The notes beneath the pieces are model-generated. The model saw only the letters and a program-made list of their open reading frames with translations. It was not told the origin of the DNA and ran no database searches. A stretch of 64,000 nucleotides of DNA from Eledone cirrhosa (lineage: Eukaryota). The stretch is from NCBI GenBank assembly GCA_964016885.1, contig OZ024741.1:297972001-298036000 (forward strand). Reading direction: 5' to 3'. The translations under genes were made by a program, and so were the position numbers. This document shows, one piece after another, positions 24,511-35,800 of this stretch (its first letter is position 1; each line of letters starts with the position of its first letter).

Positions 24511-24891
24511 AATAGCTTTCACCGTATTTTTGACTAAAGAAATTTTAGTCTGATAATGGGGTTTAGAACCCTCAGATAAATGGAAAAAGATGAGTATTGA
24601 CGTACATGGGAGTCGAACCCACATCTTTGGTTATCCAGACCACTGTGCTACCATTACACCAAGTCGGCGGCAGCCGACTTGGTACGCATCATCGGCGGAA
24701 CATGCATCGGAGGCGGAAGGCGGGGCAGAGGCGGAGGGAGGTGGTGTAATGGTAGCACAGTGGTCTGGATAACCAAAGATGTGGGTTCGACTCCCATGTA
24801 CGTCAATACTCATCTTTTTCCATTTATCTGCGGTTCTAAACCCCATTATCAGACTAAAATTTCTTTAGTCAAAAATACGGTGAAAGCTATT
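24511..24891. mobile_element. Palindromic element of two divergent tRNA-like arms (~150 bp each) around a GC-rich 80-bp spacer
   Basis: 24511-24661 is the reverse complement of 24742-24891 (about 2 differences); each arm has tggtgtaatggtagcac (box A/D-arm), tggt-ctggata-acca and gtgggttcgactcccat (box B/T-arm). Confidence 0.85.
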
Positions 24892-25900
24892 CTATTTTCT
24901 AATTTCAAACCTGCTCACTGTTTCAAAAATACTTACTTATATATATATATATATACACATACATGTGGTTGGTGATAGGAAGGTCATAGAAAACCTGTTA
25001 AACAAAGAGTTGTGAGGACTCTTCAGCTGTGTCAAATATATAACAATTTCCCTAGTGTTAGTGTCACAATAAATGCACTCAGTAGTGCACAGTATGTAAG
25101 CAAGTTGCAGACCACCAGCCTATTTGAGCACTCAGTAGATTGCATGAACATATATAAGAGAGATGCAGGCTCCCAGCCTAGCTGTGGGGTCAGTATTTCT
25201 ACTTGAGTAGCAGCCTGGTCTGATGACAACTTGTTCAACCCTTACTAGCAGGAAAAGTAGATGTTAAACAATAACAATAATGCTGATGATGATGTAACAT
25301 AGAACATAGAACATAGTAATAGGAATATCAATTGAACTTAAATTAGGTAACATAAATATCACAATGAAAAGCTAGAATATATAGGGTATGTGGATAATAT
25401 ATTCACTGAGATAGATATACAGGAAAGGATTGTAAGACTAATGGAGAAAAGGGAGGTAATTTAATTACTGTCTTTAATAATAAATGAGATGACACAAGAT
25501 TGTATTGACTAGTGATTTGCTATTCTAGAAAAGACCTTTCCATAATATAGCAATGTAACCTTCAACTCATACCATACCATCTTTTAAAAAAAGCAGGATG
25601 CATTAGATAATGTAACTCTAGACACACTGTTTGAATAAAAATATAAGCTAGTCACCTTTCATTAAAGGTCTGAGGGATTATGGATGACTGCAAAACAACT
25701 CAATTCTCCCAGACCTTATCAGAGCTGATGTCTCCTGTTGACCCTAGAGATGTCATTACTGGTTAAGCTGTTAGGGTTACACACTTGCAGGCTAAATGGA
25801 AAACTGTTCACATATTGTTATGTTAGGGAACATATTTGGGGAATATATAAGAGATCAGTAACTAAAGAGAACAACTTGTATAGATTGAAAGTAAACTTAC

Positions 25901-26017
25901 CTGTGGAGTGAAGGCATATTTGTAGAGATGAAAGTGTCTAAAATATGTGTTAATCACATGGTAGGATATCTTCCTTACTTCTTCTGCTGTAAACACTTCC
26001 CTGCTATAAGGTGGACA
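25901..26017 (-). CDS. CFAP119: CFAP119-like gene A exon 6 ([39 protein letters not shown])
   Basis: atttag|TGT...CAG|gtaagt; 117 nt, phase 0/0; the most diagnostic CCDC189 motif. Confidence 0.93.
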
Positions 26018-26269
26018 CTAAATATAAAAACCAATAAATGGATGGTAATCAGTTGTTTAGACTGATCTATAATCAAAGATGTCCTATTCATTCTATTATT
26101 TAAACAGAAATGATCTAGGTCTACATTATCCAATACATCCTTCCTTTATTAATATAGAAAGGGAACCTCTACTGGGTCACTTGACCTGCTTTTACCTGGG
26201 CTAAACAACAACAGATATAATAAATGCACAAATGCATATAATATATATAGTTAAATGCAGCAAGACAGA

Positions 26270-27010
26270 GGACAGATCACTCAGCATATTTTATGGATGT
26301 ACTGAAGACAAATGGATACCCAACATCCGCAGTAAACTGTCTTAGAAATCGAAAGCGTTGCAGACATAACACCTCCTCTAACACCTACTTTATGAAAGTA
26401 CCACACTTCAGCGGAAATATAACCACAACTATATAAAGAGCCATCCACAAGGACTGACTGGACATACAATTAGCTCACTCTGGCCCTTCACTGCATGGAT
26501 ACATATCTAAGAAGCGATCCAGAAACAACAACACCCAATGCACACTGACTAACTGCCCTATCCACAACACAGGTATGTGCCAGCGGACACATGTGGTATA
26601 CCGGATTAAATGCAACAAATGTAAGGAGTTCTACATTTGTAGCATGACTCAATCACTCCACACCCACATTAAAGGACACCTCAACATACACGCATCCTCA
26701 TTCAAAAAACACATTAACAAATGCAGAACTATCAACAAAAATATAACAGTCAATACTGAAGCCAGAGAAAGAAATGTAGGTAATTTAAGAATAAAGGAAG
26801 CCTTGCTTATACATAGACTCAACCAACAAATCTTTAACAGAATGGAACTCAACACACAATACTTGACATAAAAAGACACACTCACATGAAACCTAAACAA
26901 CAAATTATACAAGAAATTTGATTTCATGAGATAATACAGACAGCAATTGATGTCATCCTCCTGCTTCTCATGAATACTACAGCAAACGTCAAACGACGCT
27001 TGAAAGTGGT
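26270..27010 (+). mobile_element. Second Penelope-like element 3' fragment (linker + GIY-YIG), decayed
   Basis: LKTNGYP, CPIHNTGMCQRTHVVYRIKCNKCKEFYI(C)S..RIKEALLI..FNRMEL (ORF 26575-26871). Confidence 0.8.
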
Positions 27011-27914
27011 TTATAAATTTTAAATTTAAATCTAATTTCAAAGTGAATAGACCAGAACATTTTTCTTTGAAAGTTCCCTGTAATCTGACAAAGGAAATTT
27101 TAAGTCCTGAAATAATAGGATGAAACAAAAAAACAAAGATTAGCAGGTAACTAACTTTTTTGTTGCGTTCATCTTACCATCAAGTTTGCATTGTTTTAGT
27201 CTTACATATATCACTTTCCAATATATATATATACATGTATACAAGAATGAAGAATAAGGCAGCATTCTGGAATCTTATATCATTTTATTAATTACATCAT
27301 TGCTATTATTCACACTTCAATGGCATCAATTATGCAATTGATACAATCTTGTCAGACAGTTATTATGTAATTAATTATTCATACTGCAATTTGTTCAGGA
27401 CGAGTATTTTCGATGTTATCTCAAGCCCAGCAAAGATATGTGTCTTGTTAAAGAACTCTCTGTAAAGCATCATTTGGGGCATGTCCACATCAATCATTCA
27501 TTGAATGCATCTCTCCTATAAGCGTTTCTCATCATTTCTACCTCCCCTTCATGATTTGAGGGTTATTTGGCCAATTAAAGGAATTTCACAATAGTAAACG
27601 TCTCCCAGATGGTATGTATTATATTTTATTGGCACCAGGTTAAATAAATGGCTGCTAAATCCAGTACCAAGGCAGTTGTAAAACTCAGAATGTCAGTGGG
27701 GGGAGGGGGTTATACGGTTTAACTTATAGTGGGACATCAAGCGTGCTGTAAAAGCTATAAGCAGTGTGGGACACTAGTAGTTGTAGTTCAAAGTAGTACA
27801 AGGTGTGATCCTCTCCAAGCTGTCTAGTCATGGACCATAACAGCCCTTCCAATGCATGCCAAATTGGAAAGTGGACATAAAATAATGATGATGATGATGA
27901 TATAAAATAACAGA

Positions 27915-28300
27915 TGCAGACATGGTCAAGTGGTTAAAAATTCACTTCGCAATCAAGAGGTCCTAGGTTTAGTCCCACTTCATGGCATCTTAGGCAAGTG
28001 TCTTTCATAATAGCCTTAACCCTTTAACATTCAAACTGGCCATATCTAGCCAGAATTCTCTCACCTCTTTCTGTTCAAACTGGTCATAACTGGCTGCTCA
28101 TACTTATGTTAAGGCATTGTTCCCAAAATAAATAATATCAAAATCTCATAGATTTGATATCATGTGAGATAACTATGTGAGGTAAAGCCTTTACAGTGAA
28201 AATATAATAGTAAATATAGACTAATGTAAATGCTAAAGGGTTAAGTTGACCCAAGCCTTGAGAGTAAAATTGGGTAGATGGAAACTATAGTGAAGTCCAT
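27915..28300 (+). mobile_element. tRNA-derived SINE interrupted by a piggyBac-like MITE
   Basis: gacatggtcaagtggtt box A, ggtttagtcccac box B, ggcaagtgtctt core; resumes after the TTAA at 28244. Confidence 0.6.
28016..28244. mobile_element. piggyBac-like MITE
   Basis: TTAA-ccctttaacatt ... aatgctaaaggg-TTAA. Confidence 0.85.
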
Positions 28301-28673
28301 CAAATGAAGGGTACCTGTAATTCAAATGAGCAGCTTTGTCCCACCATGTCATGCTGATTCTACTTGAGAATTACATTAAGGGTACACCTGTCTGTGAAAT
28401 ATTCAGTCACTTCACTTGCTAATTCAATAAATGGGTCATTAAAGTCATAGCGCAACATATATTAGATGTGGTGTCATAAACTGTATGACATATATTAGAT
28501 GGGGTGACATAGAATGTACATCATGTATTAGAGAGAGAATCTTAGACAGTGAGGCTTATATTACAGGGATTTGAACTTACACAGGCACTATGATATATAT
28601 TAGAGGTAGAGTCATAAACTGTATGACATGTATTAGATGGGATGATATAGAATGTATATCATGTATTAGAGAC

Positions 28674-29203
28674 TGGGACGATTTGATAAATTCCGACCTT
28701 ACACACTTGCACCTCTCTAAGACAATGTCACTGGACCGAGATCTTTGGCACCACGCAGTAATACAGAAGACCCACCTTGCTTATGTACAAAGTGAAACCT
28801 ACAGTCAGTAGGCCCCTCCTAACCAAATATACACCCCAACCCACTACCCTACTCCATCCTCCCACTCCCACCAACACCACCCTTTCTCTGTAAAGTTGGT
28901 ACCACAACATCCAGTCCTAATAAATGAGATAATGAGATCGAGATCGAGATTGTGTAGGTGCCATGACAAAAAAACACACAGTCCACACTGTAATGTGGCC
29001 GTGTAGGTAACACGGTAAACAGTTCCCAGTCCACACTGTAAATGTGGTTGGTGTTAGGAAGGGCATCCAGCCATAGAAAACCTGCCAGATACAGTTCTAT
29101 ACGAGCGAGACATGGTCACCCGACCATCCTTGCCTCTAATTGGGACAACTCGCGTCTAACCAATGCTAGCGTGGAAGATAGACGTTAAACGATGATGATG
29201 ATG
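28674..29203 (+). mobile_element. RTE family A 3' end + UTR + (GAT)n tail
   Basis: WDDLINSDLTHLHLSKTMSLDRDLW then the UTR shared with 62753-63085. Confidence 0.85.
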
Positions 29204-29296
29204 ATCTTAGACAGTGAGGCTTATATTACAGGGATTTAAACTTTCACAGGCACTATGACATATATTAGAGGGAATGTCATAAACTGTACGATATGG

Positions 29297-29659
29297 ACTC
29301 TCGAGTCCCAAATAATAGGATGGGGTTGGAAAATCGATAATTTTTTTAGGTTGACTCCCTTGATTTTTTTTAAAACCAGAATTTGTTGTTTAGTTTACAT
29401 AATGAGACCCCAACCCATCCTATTTATTTTCTAATGTATGAGATTTCTTGCCATGTTCATTTTTTTCATGTATAATTTTTTTTAATGTCTAAAGAAAATT
29501 AATTGTCGCAGGAATGCTACAACTTAAAATAAAATTTTGCCAGAGATAGATTAGTAAAATTTAATTAATGGAGAGGTGGATAAGAATAGGGTGCATGGAA
29601 AGAATCTGAAAAATTAATAAGCGGTAGATGGCGGGGCAATTGGTCAATACAAGTGAGTA
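29297..29659. mobile_element. MITE family X copy
   Basis: actctcgagtcccaaataatagg...gagta; internal sequence shared with the other copies. Confidence 0.7.
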
Positions 29660-29712
29660 TTTCAGGGAGTGTTGTAGACAGTGTGACTTACATTACAGGG
29701 AGTTTAACTTAC

Positions 29713-29783
29713 ACAGACACTATGACATGTGAGCAGATCCTTGAAATATGTAAAGGTTTCATCTAAGTTTCCAAACGGACTTT
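29713..29783 (-). CDS. CFAP119: CFAP119-like gene A exon 5 ([24 protein letters not shown])
   Basis: cttttcag|AA...TGT|gtaagt; 71 nt, phase 1/0. Confidence 0.9.
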
Positions 29784-29869
29784 CTGAAAAGGATAAAGTA
29801 GATTTTATATCAAATGCAAAGTTTGCTCGTGTGAAAAACAAATTAACCTAGGTATATTGAAAATGGATG

Positions 29870-32800
29870 TTGTGACTCTTGTGAATGTTGGTGTAATTCT
29901 TGTTGTTGTGAATGTTATTGTAATTCTTGTTGTTAATGTTGTTGTAATTCTTGTTGTTGTGAATGTTGGTATAATTCTTGTTGTTGTGAATGTTGTTGTA
30001 ATTCTTGTCAATGTGAATGTTATTGTAATTCTTGTTGTTGTGAATGTTGTTGTAATTCTTGTTGTTGTGAATGTTGTTGTAATTCTTGTTGTTGTGAATG
30101 TTGTAATTCTTGTTGTGAATGTTATTGTAATTCTTGTTGTTGTGAATGTTGTTGTAATTCTTGTTGTTGTGAATGTTGTTGTAATTCTTGTTGTTGTGAA
30201 TGTTGGTATAATTCTTGTTGTGAATATTATTGTAATTCTTGTTGTGAATGTTGGTGTAATTCTTGTTGATGTGAATGTTGTTGTAATTCTTGTTGTGAAT
30301 GTTGTTGTAATTCTTGTTGATGTGAATGTTGTTGTAATTCTTGTTGTGAATGTTGTTGTAATTCTTGTTGTTGTGAATGTTGTTGTTGTGAATGTTGGTG
30401 TAAATCTTGTTGATGTGAAAGTTGTTGTAATTCTTGTTGTTGTGAATGTTAGTGGAATTCTTGTTGATGTGAATGTTATTGTAATTCTTGTTGTTGTGAA
30501 TGTTGTTGTGAATGTTGGCATAATTCTTGTGAATGTGAATGTTGTTGTAATTCTTGTTGTGAATGTTGGTATAATTCTTGTTGTTGTGAATGTTATTGTA
30601 ATTCTTGTCGTGAATGTTGTTGTAATTCTCGTTGATGTGAATGTTGGTGTAATTCTTGTTGTTGTGAATGTTGGTGTAATTCTTTTTGTTAATGTTGTTG
30701 TGAATGTTGGTGTAATTCTTGTTGTTGTAATTCTTGTTGTTAATGATGTTGTTGTAATTCTTGTTGTTGTGAATGTTGGTGTAATTCTTGTTGTGAATGT
30801 TGTTGTAATTCTCGTTGATGTGAATGTTGGTGTAATTCTTGTTGTTAATGTTGTTGTAATTCTTGTTGTTGTGAATGTTGGTGTAATTCTTGTCGTCGTA
30901 ATTCTTGTTGTGAATGTTGGTGTAATTCTTATCGATGTGAATGTTGGTTTAATTCTTGTCGATGTGAATGTTGGTGTAATTCTTGTTGATGTGAATGTCG
31001 GTGTAATTCTTGTTCTTATGAATGTTGGTGTAATTCTTGATGTTGTGAATGTTTGTGTAATTCTTGTTGTTGTGAATGTTGGTGTAAATCTTGTTGATGT
31101 GAATGTTGTTGTAATTCTTGTTGTGAATGTTTTTGTAATTCTTGTTGATGTGAATGTTGTTGTAATTCTTGTTGTTGGAAATGTCGGTGAAATTCTTGTT
31201 GTTGTGAATGTTGGTGTAATTCTCGTTGATGTGAATGTTGTTGTAATTCTTGCTGATGTGAATATTGGTGTAATTCTTGTTGTGAATGTTGTTGTAATTC
31301 TTGTTGTTGTGAATGTTGTTGTAATTCTTGTTGTTGTGAATGTTGGTGTAATTCTTGTGTGAATGTTGTTGTAATTCTTGTTGTTGTGAATGTTGTTGTA
31401 ATTCTTGTTGTGAATTTTGTTGTAATTCTTGTTGTTGTGAATGTTGTTGTAATTCTTGTTGTGAATGTTGGTGTAATTCTTGTTGTTGTAATTCTTGTTG
31501 TTGTGAATATTGGTGTAATTCTTGTTGTTGTGAATGTTGTTGTAATTCTTGTTGTTGTGAATGTTGTTGTAATTCTTGTTGTGAATTTTGGTGTAATTCT
31601 TGTTGTTGTGAATGTTGCTGTAATTGTTGTTGTTGTGAATGTTGGTGTAATTCTTGTTGTTGTGAATGTTGTTGTGAATGTTGTTGTAATTCTTGTTGTG
31701 AATGTTGTTGTAATTCTTGTTGATGTGAATCTTGGTATAATTCTTGTTGTTGTGAATGTTGTTGTAATTCTGGTTGATGTGAATGTTGTTGTAATTCTTG
31801 TTGTTGTGAATGTTGGTGTAATTCTTGTTGATGTGAATGTTGTTGTAATTCTTGTTGTTGTGAATGTTGGTGTAATTCTTGTTGATGTGAATGTTGGCAT
31901 AATTCTTGTGAATGTGAATGTTGTTGTAATTCTTCTTGTTGTGAATGTTGTTGTAATTCTTGTTGTTGTGAATGTCGGTGTAATTCTTGTTGTTGTGAAT
32001 GTTGTTGTAATTCTTGTTGATGTGAATGTTGGTATAATTCTTGTTGTTGTGAATGTTGTAATTCTTGTTGTGAATGTCGGTGTAATTCTTGTTGTTGTGA
32101 ATGTTGTTGTAATTCTTGTTGTGAATGTTATTGTAATTCTTCTTGTTATGAATATTATTGTAATTCTTGTTGATGTGAATGTTGGTATAATTCTTGTTGT
32201 TGTGAATGTTGTAATTCTTGTTGTGAATGTTGGTATAATTCTTGTTGTTGTGAATGTTGTTGTAATTCTTGTTGTGAATGTTATTGTAATTCTTGTAGTT
32301 GTGAATGTTGTTGTAATTCTTGTTGTGAATGTTGTTGTAATTCTTGTTGATGTGAATGTTGTAATTCTTGTTATGAATGTTGTTGTAATTCTTGTTGATG
32401 TGAATGTTGTTGTAATTCTTGTTGTGAATGTTATTGTAATTCTTGTAGTTGTGAATGTTGTTGTAATTCTTGTTGTGAATGTTGTTGTAATTCTTGTTGA
32501 TGTGAATGTTGTTGTAATTCTTGTTGTGAATGTTGTTGTAATTCTTGTTGATGTGAATGTTGTTGTAATTCTTGTTGTGAATGTTATTGTAATTCTTGTA
32601 GTTGTGAATGTTGTTGTAATTCTTGTTGTGAATGTTGTTGTAATTCTTGTTGATGTGAATGTTGTTGTAATTCTTGTTGTTGTGAATGTTGTTGTAATTA
32701 TTGTTGTTGTGAATGTTGTTGTAATTCTTGTTGTGAATTTTGTTGTAATTCTTGTTGTTGTGAATGTTGTTGTAATTCTTGTTGTGAATGTTGGTGTAAT

Positions 32801-35800
32801 TCTTGTTGTTGTGAATGTTGTTGTAATTCTTGTTGTTGTGAATGTTGGTGTAATTCTTGTTGTTGTGAATGTTGCTGTAATTCTTGTTGTTGTGAATGTT
32901 GTTGTGAATGTTGTTGTAATTCTTGTTGTTGTGAATGTTGGTGTAATTCTTATTGTTGTGAATGTTGCTGTAATTGTTGTTGTTGTGAATGTTGGTGTAA
33001 TTCTTGTTGTTGTGAATGTTGTTGTTGTGAATGTTGTTGTAATTCTTGTTGTGAATGTTGTTGTAATTCTTGTTGATGTGAATGTTGGTGTAATTCTTGT
33101 TGTTGTGAATGTTGGTGTTATTCTTTATGATATGAATGTTGTAATTCTTGTTGTTGTGAATGTTGGTGTAATTCTTGTTGTTGTGAATGTTGTTGTAATT
33201 CTTGTTGTTGTGAATGTTGTAATTCTTGTCGATGTGAATGTTGGTGTAATTCTTGTTGTTGTGAATCTTGTTGTAATTCTTGTTGCGAATGTTATTGTAA
33301 TTCTTCTTGTTGTGAATGTTGTTGTAATTCTTGTTGTTGTGAATGTCGGTGTAATTCTTGTTGTTGTGAATGTTGTTGTAATTTTTGTTGATGTGAATGT
33401 TGGTATAATTCTTGTTGTGAATGTGGAAATTCTTGTTGTGAATGTCGGTGTAATTCATGTTGTGAATGTTGTTGTAATTCTTGTTGTGAATGTTATTGTA
33501 ATTCTTCTTGTTATGAATGTTATTGTAATTCTTGTTGTTGTGAATGTTGTTATAATTCTTGTTGTTGTGAATGTTAGTGGAATTCTTGTTGATGTGAATG
33601 TTATTGTAATTCTTGTTGTTGTGAATGTTGTTGTGAATGTTGGCATAATTCTTGTGAATGTGAATGTTGTTGTAATTCTTGTTGTGAATGTTGGTATAAT
33701 TCTTGTTGTTGTGAATGTTGTTGTAATTCTTGTTGTGAATGTTGTTGTAATTCTTGTCGTGAATGTTGTTGTAATTCTCGTTGATGTGAATGTTGGTGTA
33801 ATTCTTGTTTTTGTGAATGTTGGTGTAATTCTTTTTGTTAATGTTGTTGTAATTCTTGTTGTTGTGAATGTTGGTGTAATTCTTGTTGTTGCAATTCTTG
33901 TTGTTAATGTTGTTGTAATTCTTGTTGTTGTGAATGTTGGTGTAATTCTTGTTGTTGTAATTCTTGTTGTGAATGTTGTAATTCTCGTTGATGTGAATGT
34001 TGGTGTAATTCTTGTTGTTAATGTTGTTGTAATTCTTGTTGTTGTGAATGTTGGTGTAATTCTTGTCGTCGTAATTCTTGTTGTGAATGTTGGTGTAATT
34101 CTTATCGATGTGAATGTTGGTTTAATTCTTGTCGATGTGAATGTTGGTGTAATTCTTGTTGATGTGAATGTCGGTGTAATTCTTGTTGTTATGAATGTTG
34201 GTGTAATTCTTGATGTTGTGAATGTTTGTGTAATTCTTGTTGTTGTGAATGTTGGTGTAAATCTTGTTGATGTGAATGTTGTTGTAATTCTTGTTGTGAA
34301 TGTTTTTGTAATTCTTGTTGATGTGGATGTTGTTGTAATTCTTGTTGTTGGAAATGTCGGTGTAATTCTTGTTGTTGTGAATGTTGGTGTAATTCTCGTT
34401 GATGTGAATGTTGTTGTAATTCTTGTTGATGTGAATATTGGTGTAATTCTTGTTGTTGTGAATGTTGTTGTAATTCTTGTTGTTGTGAATGTTGTTGTAA
34501 TTCTTGTTGATGTGAATGTTTGTGTAATTCTTGTTGTTGTGAATGTTGTTGTAATTCTTGTTGTTGTGAATGTTGTTGTAATTCTTGTTGTTGTGAATAT
34601 TGTTGTAATTCTTGTTGTTGTGAATGTTGGTGTAATTCTTGTTGTTGTGAATGTTGGTGTAATTCTTGTTGTTGTGAATGTTGGTGTAATTCTTGTTGTT
34701 GTGAATGTTGGTGTCATTCTTGTTGTTGTGAATGTTGTTGTAATTCTTCTTGTTGTGAATGTTGGTGTAATTCCTGTTGTTGTGAATGTTGGTGTAATTC
34801 TTGTTGTTGTGAATGTTGTTGTAATTCTTGTTGTTGTGAATGTTGGTGTAATTCTTGTTGTTGTGAATGTTGGTGTAATTCTTGTTGTTGTGAATGTTGT
34901 TGTAATTCTTGTTGTTGTGAATGTTGTTGTAATTCTTGTTGTTGTGAATGTTGGTGTAATTCTTGTTGATGTGAATGTTGGTGTAATTCTTGTTGTTGTG
35001 AATGTTGGTGTAATTCTTTATGATGTGAATGTTGTAATTCTTGTCAATGTGAATGTTGTTGTAATTCTTGTTGTTAATGTTGTTGTAATTCTTCTCGTTG
35101 TGAATGCTGTTGTAATTCTTGTTGTTGTGAATGTTGGTGTAATTCTTGTTGTTGTGAATGTTGGTGTAATTGTTGTTGTTGTGAATGTTGTTGTAATTCT
35201 TGTCAATGTGAATGTTGTTGTAATTCTTGTTGATGTGAATGTTGGTGTAATTCTTGTTGTTGTGAATGTTGTTGTAAATCTCGATGTGAATGTTGTTGTA
35301 ATTCTTATTGTGAATGTTATTGTAATTCTTCTTGTGAATGTTGTTGTAATTCTTGTTGATGTGAATGTTGGTGTAATTCTTATTGTGAATGTTATTGTAA
35401 TTCTTCTTGTGAATTTTGTTGTAATTCTTGTTGTTGTGAATGTTGGTGTAATTCTTGTTGTTGTGAATGTTGTTGTAATTCTCGTTGATGTGAATTCTGT
35501 TGTAATTCTTGTTGATGTGAATGTTGTTGTAATTCTTGTTGATGTGAATGTTGGTGTAATTCTTTATGATGTGAATGTTGGTGTAATTCTTGTTGTGAAT
35601 GTTGGTATAATTCTTGTTGTTGTGAATGTTGTTGTAATTCTTGTTGTGAATGTTGGTATAATTCTTGGTGTTGTGAATGTTGTTGTAATTCTTGTTGTGA
35701 ATGTTATTGTAATTCTTCTTGTTGTGAATGTTGTTGTAATTCTTGTTGTGAATGTTGGTGTCATTCTTGTTGTTGTAATTCTTGTCAATGTTAATGTTGT

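Noticed and set aside
24742-24806. Functional tRNA-Ser(GGA) gene
   Set aside because: The 5' acceptor strand is missing, there is no long variable arm, the D arm is Gln-like, and it is part of a palindromic repeat
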